Source: Ascidiella aspersa
Lineage: Eukaryota
NCBI GenBank assembly: GCA_963924565.1
Contig: OZ004615.1
Span: forward strand, 6,944,001 to 7,008,000
Length of the DNA stretch: 64,000 nt
Direction of reading: 5' to 3'
The notes beneath the pieces are model-generated. The model did not search any database. It was not told the origin of the DNA and saw nothing but the letters and a program-made list of their open reading frames with translations. Made by a program: the position numbers and the translations under genes. This document shows positions 27,001-39,000 of the stretch, piece by piece. Positions within the stretch are counted from its first letter, which is position 1, and every line of letters begins with the position of its first letter.

Positions 27001-30000
27001 AGAATCCTAATAAAATAACCTTGTTACACAGGAGCGTTTGCTTCGTACTACTGGGCCTTCAAGAAGCCAGCCGACCTTCCTTACTTGCCACTCTACTCCG
27101 CATTCGGAAGAGCTCTGAGGTGAGTTCGCAGTTGCCATTGAAATCTAATTCGCCACTTTAAAAGCAATTTGCAAAAAATATTTTGATTCAAAGAAGCACT
27201 TTTTTCCAGTTTTGGTTCAAGACTTTACTGAGGTTGTTTTAAAAGTCCAATTAAACAAGCTATATCTTCCAAGCACAAGTTATTTTGTTAAAAAAATAAT
27301 AATTTTCGCTTAATGATCTGGCATCGTTCTTGGATCCGTTTGAAAATAAACTATCTGGGGAAAAATTAATTCTGTCATAAACCAACTTTTCTTTTAAAGA
27401 ATGGAAAAAAGGGCGTAAAACTAAAAAAAAAGAAGAAAGTAACTTCTAAGACAACGTGTTTTTCTACAAAGTCGCTTGCCCTTTTGCTCAACTATCTGTT
27501 CTGTCCGATTATGTGTGTGTTTTTTACCACTTTTACTTCAAAATACCCCAAAATTACCCCGTATTTTTGTCCCAGATACCACACTGGCTCGCTAGCCTTT
27601 GGCGCCCTGATCATCGCCATCGTTCAAATAATCCGACTGCTTCTGGAGTATGCAGACCACAAGCTGAAGGGAACCGAAAACAAGGTCGCCAAGTTCATCC
27701 TGAAGTGCCTGAAGTGCTGCTTCTGGTGCCTCGAGAAGTTTCTTAAGTTTCTCAACCGGAACGCATACATCATGGTGAGTGGGTTGGAGGTCAAGAGATC
27801 CCTTCTAAAAAAATAAATTGTTTTTGCTTCTCGGGTTTTCTGAAATACGGTGCTTTTCTTTTGACTTTACCCGTTTCCGAATTGAGTTTACGAGCTAATG
27901 TCTTGTTTGAAATGATGCAGCTCTTTAGGAAAAAACTGTACCAACTTTGGTTCACGATTCATAGGTGGAGAAACACTGGTTTAAGCGTTACTGTTTTAGG
28001 GTTTTTCCAAATGTCGACAAATGTGAGTTTGGATCGAACCCGAATTCCAGATTTTCTTACCCGTTTCCTAACAACGACACACGCTTGTTATGTATGTGAC
28101 CAGGTGTTTCCGGTCATCCTGCTTTGCAACTTTTTTTGGCTTTTTCTTATTTTTGACCTAATAAATTGAGTTTCACGACGTTGCCTTACTTGTTATCGAT
28201 AGAATATTATAATGGAATCGCAATGGAATCCACCCGGTTCGAAAAGCAGAGAATGACCACAATGGGTCTATGGAAATCATGGTGAATCGCGGCTTGTGTC
28301 ACCCTATGACCGAGTAGGATTCCCGGTGTATCAAGTGTAATTTGCAACTGCGTTTTAGATTAAACGGCTCCTTCGAAAAGGCGCTTCTTTTTCCGGATTT
28401 TTATCGCCCTTACCTACTATTTAACAGACTGACAATGTCCATTGCCCACTCAAAAAGCAGCCTGGTCCGTTCGACACCTGTTTTGCCCTTGGTCATGAAA
28501 ACTGGGTTAAAAAAAGTAGCCTGCTTCCTTTCAAACAACAAATTGAAGCCTGTCTGTTATCACAATAACGTCTTTTGACAAGCACGTTAATTAGTTTCGG
28601 TTCTGCTTTGTGCAGGGGTTTTCCATCTTGGTTTAAAAATAGATGGCGACCGCAGACGCAACCGTCATAGATTTTTTAAACGGAGCGCTGGCGAAATTTT
28701 GGGCACGGGTTGGAAACCTTAGCTCAAATTGCTATTTGCACGCATCTTATCGTAATTCGCAATCGCTTACATTCATGCCGTCTGGTTTTGGGGGTTTAAG
28801 TTTCGGTATTATGATAAACGTTGGGCTGCTGGGTGTATTTATCTTGAAACGCGATCCGTAAAAGCCACGACCGCCAAAAATTCAACACTGGCGACACGTT
28901 TTTTAATCTTCGGTTCTTTTTTGTTAATCTCACAACAAATATGTGATTTTTTGGCGATTGCATTGACAAGTCACAAAACTAAGGCGAATCAAATAGACAA
29001 GAAAACGCAAAACCCGAGCCGTATTGCGTGCAACAAGCCCAAACTTGTTAACACAATTTGCATACCTTTCGTGCTCTCTCGGGAATTTTCCATTCCTGTG
29101 GCGCTTATTCAAGAACTGGCATATACCTTTAAAACGTGCGAAACAAATATGCGTTGTTTAAGAATACGTTCGTTGAACCTTCTCCCTTTTCCGATTGGCG
29201 GAAAACGTTGTCGAAAATGTGGGCGTGTCGAATCGTTTTGGGGCGTTTTTTACTCGCGCTTGCAACAGTGCAAGCACCGGTACGCGAAAACCGCATGGTC
29301 GATGTAAAGCGGTAAATATTGATTTACAGATCTTGATGAATCTGATCATCCTTTACTGGAATTTAATCTATTCATTGCTTGGCTAACGTCTTATCATTGG
29401 ACGTCTCGAATTCACACAATGATTAATCTTCTACAAATTCCCTGATTTTAACCGTGGACAAGCATTGTGTGGATAGTATAGATTTAAAAAATCCGATAAT
29501 TTAATAAAGGTGTGGGTTAGCACTTGGCTAAAGTTTGGTTAGGTGGTCGGGTAAAGCATTGGTTTGGCCATCAAGAACCCATTTCCGCAAAAGATCAAAG
29601 CCGCATAAGATCAAAGCCGCATTTATCAAATGCGCCGCGCTCATTAGGTTAGTTAAATCGACGAATACAGACCAAGTGCGCTTTCCCGTTCTTGCGTTGG
29701 ATAGTACTAATCTCCGTACCTTATCCTCTTGCTTATGATGCTTATCTCAATTGCTCGTATTTTGGGGGCTTGCAGAGTCCTTATAAGGTCCGGCGTTCGC
29801 TGCAACCGCCTGATTCTATCATCCCTTTGCGGTATACAGGCTTGTCTTAAGGGGCTCGGCTAACTGCTTGGCAATCTGTGAAGATTTCGCGATAAAATTG
29901 CGGGGATTTTCTACCGTGCTGGGGGCATTTTGTACGGTTTGATTTTCGGCGGGCCCATTTTCTGGTTGGGGTGCTTGCGAATTGCCTGAAAGCAATTTAG

Positions 30001-33000
30001 CACCGTAGGGTGGTCAGTGTTGTCTATTTTGAATCCTTTCTGGTCGCTTTTTATTTATAACTCTACCAAACCGTCATTTTTTTTATTAAAAACGCATCGA
30101 TTAAATTCCAAACGGTGGTACACAATCTTTCCGTGATTCCTCATTGCTACTTGTCCAACAACAAGAAAATCCTGTCTGAGTATACAAGAAAGTACAAACT
30201 GGACTATAGTGTACATATATTAAACACACAAACACATAACAAAACAGCCCGTTCCACCATGCTTTACTGTTTTTTCTTTCCTTGTTATAAATAAGACCGC
30301 TAGGCGGGCCTTTTTTAACCCAGTTTTGATCCATTTGTAGACATTTTTTTTGCAAAATCGCACCGAAATCACGCTAATAGAGTAGGTAGCCGGCTACATT
30401 TAAAGCGCCTGTCCAGGCCGACTTATTGTTGCATCGGTCGCGGTTTAAACTTCGCAGAAAATCCGCAACGGCGACGTTAATCGGCTCAATTCAGCGGCGC
30501 TACTTTGCAAGCTTTGCCGCCGCCGCATTTCACGCAAAACACGCTATCGTTTGTTGTCAAACACGGCGGTCGCTTCTGGGAAGCGGATGACTACGCTGGA
30601 TGCGATTTCCCATGGCCAGGCAATGTGACGCGGGATCGGTTCGTTTTTCAGTTGTTTTTTGGTTTTCTCTGCGGATCAAATTTGTAGCGAGGTTTTCTAT
30701 TTTTTTGATGAATGATACCTTTTTTATGCGCCAAAGGCACATTTTTATCCAGAAAAGAAAAACTCCCTAACCACCGTTGTTTAATTAGCACTCACTTTCT
30801 TTTTTTAGTTATGTTGATTGCGTATTCTATAAAAAATAATAACCTCCTTTCATTTTTTTATTTAACTACTCAGTATACAAATTATAAATTTTCAGCTGGA
30901 CAGCTTAGCGAGAACGAGTACTTTTAGATTATGATTTTTTTAAACTGCTATATTGGATGTTGTTCTGCATTCTCTCATAAGAGTTCATTTCTTCATAACC
31001 TATAATTGCATTTAATGTATGTAGAGACTAAAGAATTTAAACAATTTTGTTTTAGTTAAAATGTCACAAGTTAAAATGACACGTTCTATTCCGCAAACTT
31101 TCGATACGTTCATTTGGTTGTTTTTTCTTGAATCAATAAACTGTTAAGGTCAATTCCCCGACTTTTAAAAAAACAACAAACGGCGATTGCGAGGTTCTAA
31201 GGCATAAGAGGCAAATTAAACCGACACGGAACCATTTTAATTGAATTCTAAAACTTTACGTATCTTGTTCGGCTGTTGTTTTTCCTCGGTCAAACTTTTC
31301 ATCAAAGCGGCTGTTTACCAAACTTTACCAGCTGAAACGACATATCCAAACGCCGAAACCGCCTTGGGTATCATTCGTCGGAATTTTACGCCCCGACAGT
31401 TTGTCTCGATTGTTCCCCCCGCAGATGGGAGTTTCGTCGTAACCCGAACCGCGAAAAGATATTTCCCCCGTCGATTTACCGTCGTTTCGTCGAAATCCCA
31501 AATTCGCCCTTGCCCTTCGCCGCGACCTAACCTTGCCTAATGAAACGAAGCGAGGCAGAAAAGCCCCTTTTGGCCCAGGGGACCAAAATGCGTTTACTTG
31601 GGTTCAGGCTTTCAACTGGTTGGTTGCTTTGCGGTTCTACGCTTGGTCTACTCGCCGTTCGGGTTCGTTGGCGGTGAAAGCCGCGCTTTGAACTGCAGAG
31701 ATGATTAAGTGAAGAACAAACATTACCTATAGACAGCAGCCTGTCGACGTGCTTTAAACTTTAAATGTCGGCGTGCTTTTAAAGTTGTTATTGCTATTTT
31801 TTGTGTTCCTGACGAAAATGACGGACAGACATGGAGTTTCGTGAAACGCCTTCCCTCGAAGGGGACACTTTGCTCATATAACCTTCAATAATAAATCAAT
31901 TATTTGTGTGATTTAAAATAGCATACCCAAGGTTGCAACAACAGGTAATAGAAATATAACACTTTCACTTAAGCACAATTATTCTTATACCCGGGAATGA
32001 TTTCCGGATGTTTTGTATAAAAACACTGCAATTTAAATTTTCTATTAAAGATCCCGTATAATCAATACTTCAAAGCCGTATTTGTTTGCAGCAAAAAGTC
32101 ATATTTTAACGTAAAATCATCAAGCGTGCTCATATTTGTGGGCAAAAGCGCACTACTTTTCACTCATGTATATTTTTTCATACACAATTAAATCTGGGTG
32201 CAAGCATGATAATGCCACTTGACACCGTTTTTTTCTATGAACTAACTTTAAAGTGTTTTGAAATGTGATTTGTCACGCTGTGCTGCGGCTTTGGGAGAGG
32301 GGTGGGCAGTTTGCGCAAAATTGGAGCTGTTAAAGAAAATTGAAGCTGGTTGCCGATTCAGCACCTTATTTCGCAAACCTTACCCCGGCAACGACGCATA
32401 AACTGTGCGAATTTCTCGCGTGCCTTACTTTGCCTACGTGACTTGGACTGCGCAGCAATGTATAGATCTACTGGTAAGATTAGCAGTGAAAAACGCCATT
32501 TAAACCTGTTTTTACCAAAACCGCTGCGTTTTTGTGTCCAGGCAAATTAAACACAGCATTGACCCTGTTGTAAGATCAATATTTTCTTCCTCTTTTCAAG
32601 CTGAACATTTATTAAATTCCACATGTTTATTAAATTCCACTGCTCTCCCTTTGTATACGAGCCTATAGTGAATCGCTCTTTCAAGACGGAGGCCGACTGA
32701 TTGTCAACGTGCGGTTGTTTGGACAAATGGACAAAGAATGTCGTCTATAGACTCGCTATAGAAAGGCAGAATAAAAAAGGACAAACGAACACAGTGTTAT
32801 TGTTGGCTCGGCGTTTGCTGAATCAACGCAGCAACTAACCACGGTTTAAGCGGCCGTAATGCGCATTGAGGGCTGCTGCGCGATTGTTGCTTTAGGCCTA
32901 TTTACACTCGATTTACCGCTGTTTAACTCTGTGTTTGTCCCGCTACCGTAGCATTGATGGCTCGACGAGCCGCCCTACATGAATGGCGAGACTTTGAAGT

Positions 33001-36000
33001 TTGTCTTTGTGACCTTTCACAAGGGATTCCAGGCTGTGCGATTGATATACTTTAATTACAAAAAACTCCCCCTCGACTAATTCTAAAGTTTAGCCTGAAA
33101 AAAAAAATCCTAAACTGGTTAACAAACCCATATAAAGGTTGGATCTAGCTTTATATACGTTTTATTGCTCAAGTTTAAGTATTGTGGCTAATTGCAAAAC
33201 ACTCTTAGAAAGAATGTCAAATGAAGCGTGAATGTTAATGCATTTTGTATAGGTTGAAGGACCTATTTCTGTAGGGCGAGCTACCTAAAACATTACGACG
33301 AAAAAAAGTGTAGCTTTCACCGCATAAGAGGTTGCTGCAAAAAGGGAAACGTCCCTTTAGGTCACCCTGCCATTATAAGCTCATCCGCAAAATGCCGTGT
33401 GCAATTTTAACCGTCATTGTCCGTAACAAGAAAACAAGCAAAGGCAGTACCTAGCAGACGAAAATAAAAGCTCCGAAAATTGCCGAGATCCTAAATGCAT
33501 ATTCTCGCAGCGGCAGAATTTCCCGTGCCCCGTACTTGCGCCGTGTTGTTGTTTTTATCTGCAACGCACATCTCCGACACAAGCGTATACAGCCGCTGTG
33601 TGTAGGTCAGGCCCGTTGCCGCAACAAACGCAACATCGGCTGAGCTGTGTGTTTGTTTTTGCATCTGGGATCGTGACGGCCTTATCTCGGTCTTATCGCC
33701 AGCTCGGATCTCAAAGAGCGATTTTCGCGCGATTTCCCGGAATGCCCTCTGGCTTCAGACAGGCCGGAAAAGTCATGTGAAAACTTTCGAGCCTGTTGCA
33801 ATTTAGGCAATCTCGAGTTATCGAAATGGGCCTGCCTGCGCAGAACCTTAATTGAACGAAAATCACCCATAGTTTTTTTCCAAATTAAGATAATTGGGTC
33901 GTGCAAAGTTACTTTTGCAAACGGTACTGCTGCAACATGTTTATACCCTCCCCGCAGGGAACTCAATCATTTGTCCCTTTAAGGATGTGTTCGTATCTTC
34001 GGATATGTAAAGCAGTGGTCAGCAAACTGTAGGCCGCTGCCCAAATGTGGGTCTTTTAAACAATTTATAGTGAACCGCGATGTATTTGTTAATATTATTT
34101 CAGTTTTATTATGTAGTTGTGGGCCGCGTGATAGATGTACGTTTTTGTAGGGTATTTAAAAAGTAATTGTGGCTAAGATTTTTTTATTAACAATGTTTGC
34201 TGATCACTTACGTTGAAGCGAATCATATAGAATAATTTAAACAGTCGAAATAACTGGCTTGCAGAAATGACATATTCGGATTCGCGTAAAGTGTGCTTGC
34301 AAAAAACACCACCAGTGAAAAAAAAAACTATATTGAATATGGCGCTGTGTACGACCTTCATTTTTGTCATCGCATCGTCCTAATCAATCACTATTACCCC
34401 ATTTTCACGTCCCATTTGTTTGGTCAGACGGGGCTCTGGTGTTCGACAACGCTATTGGTAAACTTTCCTGCCGACTAAGATGCCCGGCTCCGATTAGATT
34501 AGACGAACGTGCTCGTTTTCCGCATTTCTGGCTCTATTTTTAGGAGCGGCTGGCCTGGTAGACGTGTTTGTTGCAACTTCACAAGCACGCTGAACAGCTC
34601 AATTTTTGCAAATAAATACCGACCCGGTTTCGGAGTCGCTAAACTGCCACACCCTCTGCTGCATTGCACGTATGTATGCTGCTGCAGCAACTTGACCACA
34701 TGCTGTTCAATTGTGTTCGTAGCACCTTTATTTCCTGCAAACTATAAGATGTCACTAAAAGACTAAGACCATGCATTTAAGCTTGGTGTTTATTAAATCC
34801 ATTGCTGTTTTGGACGACAATCTGTGACAAAACTTAGCAAAAATGTCGTAACGTTTAATATATTTTCTTAAATACCATAAATGGGTGTTTGACTCCCTCT
34901 TGTTTTCATTCGAACATGATGTATATAGGGACATTTTGTTGCACAGTATCATCTTGCCCCAGCTGTGCGGAATTTTGGGTTGGTGCGTAGGCGCTTATGT
35001 GAATAAACAGCAGCACACTACTTCCACATTCTGACCTAGTCAACAAAACAAAACTTTTGGGCCTCATAAATCATCCGAAAACAACAGTCGTATAGTAAAG
35101 CTTACGAAACCCGACTGTACAAACCCGTTGTGCATTTAAAATCGTTGTTTTTCGGCTCGTGCTTCGTTTTATACTTTTTTTTAGAAATGCACAATGATTA
35201 TTAGTTGACGTTTAAAGAAACCAAAAAATTATTTATTCAATTTTTATTTTTAAACTTGTACAAAAAAAGCTGCAAAAAAGTGCAGAAAATTAAAAAGACG
35301 AATTAATATTACTCAAAGTTATTGACGTAGAAAATATACTTTAATTAAACGTACTTTCTGACGGCCAAAGGAAATCCTTCTGTATTTTTAACTTGCCAAG
35401 ATGTTGTTTCTATCAGTTTATGGTTTTCGCCTTTGACTGGCGGGTACGTTCCTAAACAAATTTAATCAAGTTCGAGTCATACAAACACCAACGCACACAA
35501 ACATACACACAGTGACCCAGAACCTGTTTATTTTTAATCCAAACGCCGTGTCAACAGAATTTGTTTAGTTGCTATACGCTCCATTTAGCATATTAGCGCT
35601 TAACTTGATTTACTCAGTTACCGCCCCTTATGAAAACAGCCGACAGGTTTAAAAGACATCACCTTTTTGTTAACTGTCTTTGGTGTCTTTTTCCGCCCCT
35701 TGTTCAAACTACGATCCTATTCAAGTATTTTGGACCGCGAAGAAACATTTCAGTGCCCTTTATTTCACCATACAGCCGTGTCATTTGGGCATCTTTGGGT
35801 AGTACAATTTAACATTTAAGTTCATCTATCGATGCACCAAAGTGACTGAACCATTAAAATATTCCTGCGCACTTAGGCAAAGGTTGTTGTGGTGGTTTAT
35901 TCCGCCGCGTGAAAATCCATTAGGGTTTGGATCTCCTTGCGGATCAAATAATGTCATCTATTCCTGGAACGAAATGCCATCACTTGGGCAAATGTCTGTT

Positions 36001-39000
36001 GTATATTCGCTCCTCTTGCGAAATAATATAGTGTCGCGTTACTCCGAACGCTCTTAAGGCCCAAGATGCGTATATTTATCACGACATAAATTAAGGCTCT
36101 TTTTACGTGAACATGTTCGATAAATTACCGGCAAGTTTTTGCGATACCTGGCAATTTTGATTGATGCGCCTTGCTATCTGTGAAATGCATCTGCTTTGCA
36201 ACGCTGCGATAAAGTGCAACGAACCCGGTTGGATATTTTTCCTCGTTTGGTATACTTTGCGATTTTATCTGCGCCAGTCTTTGCATCTCGAGGCGGCGCT
36301 CGCGTTGTCGTCCTTTAAGGTCAGCCAAAATCGCTTTGCACAGATAAGAGGCAATTTTCTCTCGATTAGGTGAAGAGAAAGTTCGCCCCCTGTTCAAGCT
36401 ATGCGCAATGTTTTCCGCCTACTCGTGCCAGAACCTAAAAATGCGCCTAAATATAGCCGTGATGCGCGCAAATGTATACAAGCCCCTGCTGATTCTTCAG
36501 ACGAATGACGAAACCCACTTCTGGTATAGACGAGAACAAATTGCTTTTGGGAGTAAATCGAGTCATTATTGGCGCTGTGGAATTGTGGAAACACCGGTGA
36601 CTCGAGTTTGTGGCAAGCTGAAATTGACTCAAACCGTTTTACGGACAATTTAACTATAGGCCACTTTAAAAACCAGCCGATTTCCAGATTTTCTCCCTGA
36701 TTTGTGCAGATTTTGAATATAATATATAAAAAACTAAAAAAAAAATCAGCCCGGGGAGGCTTTTACAAGTGCTCTAAAATATTAACCATATTTATAGCTT
36801 CTGCAATATACAAACGTAATTATATATATCGAAGTCGTATAGTCCTGCCCTAAATATACTTCTCGGTCGATGAATAAACGATTTTCTGTCAATTACTCAT
36901 TGAGCAATCGCTAAATTGACATGACGCATTTTGATCGACCATTCATATTTTGACAATCCGAGTGTTTTTACAGAAGAAAAGAAAAAAAGATTGTACAGCA
37001 TTTCTGCCAATTAGTGATAATATATATTTGCAGTTGCAACCTAAACAATTGATCTTTGCAATATGGTGCCACATATACGATTCACCTGATTGTTTCAGCA
37101 TTCATTTCCCTAATTAGTTGTAAAAATTAAAACTTACTAACGATTTAATCCGAATGGTCAATACATAAATGAGAAATCGCGTCACATATTTACTTGGCCA
37201 AAGTTTTTTTGACATTCTGCACATTTTTGAAACAAAAAATCTAACTAACTGACGGTCGGTCGGGACGTACTAATCACAAACGTCAAAAAAATAGAGTAAT
37301 GTGAATTGGCAGTAAAATATTAGTTCGCGCGTTTTTACCTCCAAGGTGCCACAACTTCTACCATAACAGCAGCGAACGGCAGCTAAACCCAGCAACCCGC
37401 TTCAGACGCGACTCTGGTTTTCAATTTGGCGATAAAAAATTAATGCACCCTGTTACGTCCTGCGTTGCTTAACCTTTGAGCCACAGATGTTTCATGTGCG
37501 TGCGTATCTTAACGGTACATCGGTGGAAAGATGTAGCGCGTTTTTAATAGGGAATATTGGCACTCTGTAGTATACAAAGAAAATCGAGAGAACAGCTGCG
37601 AACCGAAGTGTCGAAAAACCGCATGGTGGTATGTAACACGTGTTATTTGAGGGCTTTAGTTAAGGGAGGAGTTCTCAAACTGTCTTACGCAAGATAAATT
37701 ATCTTGTCGGAGTACACCAACAAATTTGTCGTATTATAGCTTTGGCGAATATTTCACACCAATCTAGTCTAAAAGCCACCTTAGGTTGTAAAATTCATTT
37801 TAAACCATATAGTTATGCACAGACAAAGCGCAGTCGTCAGAAAATTTGTGGAAAGTCCTTACTCACTGTTGTGAGAAAACAACTTTGTCTTTCAGTGCGA
37901 GTGTGTGTTTCTAAAACATTTCTAATATTTGACTTACATCTACAGCGACGCCAACGTTATCCATCATATCACATGACGTATATTCAATGGCGTGCAGTTT
38001 TTGCTGAACTCTTTCCAAGGGCTACACCAACGCCGCATAAATGGGTTCATTGAAAGGATACGTGCAGATAAAAAAGAGAAACACTGAGTTAAGGGTAGCA
38101 TATACAGTATACACGACTTTGCTCTGACGAAGACACTATCGCAGTATGACTTTCATGTCTTTCACGACCCGAAGTCTCGCGATTGAATCGATTGAATGGA
38201 CCCTATGAACCGACTTCCTAGAAACTGGAAATCCTGATATGTTTTGATAGGTTTGCTTGTAAGTTCAGCGCAGCGACGTTTCAACGAATCCGTGTTTTGT
38301 CGAGCTTGCCAAATTACCCTTTTCGGGGCCTATATTTTTGTGCCACTGTTCAAATAACTAAACGTCCGTCAAATCTGCGTCAGAGACATTTTCTTCGGGG
38401 CGGCCTTCGATTTCATCAGAATGCGAATTGAAAAACAACAGACTGACGTCACGCTTTTTTTGTTTTTTATGTTTTCCTCCTCTCATTATTTTTTAAGAGG
38501 CATATCTCGTGCGCCAACCGTTTGCCAAGACTAAGCCTTTTTTTTCGTTTTTTTTTTTTTTACAAATGCAAAAAAAGAAACTTTAAAAAACCCAATAAAA
38601 CAAGAATCAGCAATTTTTAAAGGAATATATATTTCGCCTATACTGGCATCATCAGTTCCCATAAGTAAAGTAAAATAGCTTGACAATAAATTGCAAAGCC
38701 AAAAAGATCGAGCAGATCAACATCATCTTGATTAAGACATTTCGATACGAGCTTGTATCATCTTAAGTTAATGTGAATGAGAAGTAATGTCTTTGCAATT
38801 TATTATCAAGCAATATTACAGATCCGTGCATAGTGTAAAGTAAAATACATATAGCAAAGTAATAAAAAAATCGTGTAAAAAATGTCTGATCCTGCTGTTA
38901 CTCTAGGTTTTAAACTTTGAGTTCTATTGTTAATACACGCGTCAGCGGAACAGTGATCGACAAGCATAAACCTGCTGCTAGTGGTTTTAAATTCTATAAA

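Noticed and set aside
30605-30635. Minus-strand TCACATTGCC resembling miR-23
   Set aside because: 10-nt match only, with no supporting hairpin
32698-32730. TGATTGTC...TTTGGACAAA resembling miR-219
   Set aside because: Only the seed matches; the mature sequence diverges and there is no pre-miRNA-length hairpin
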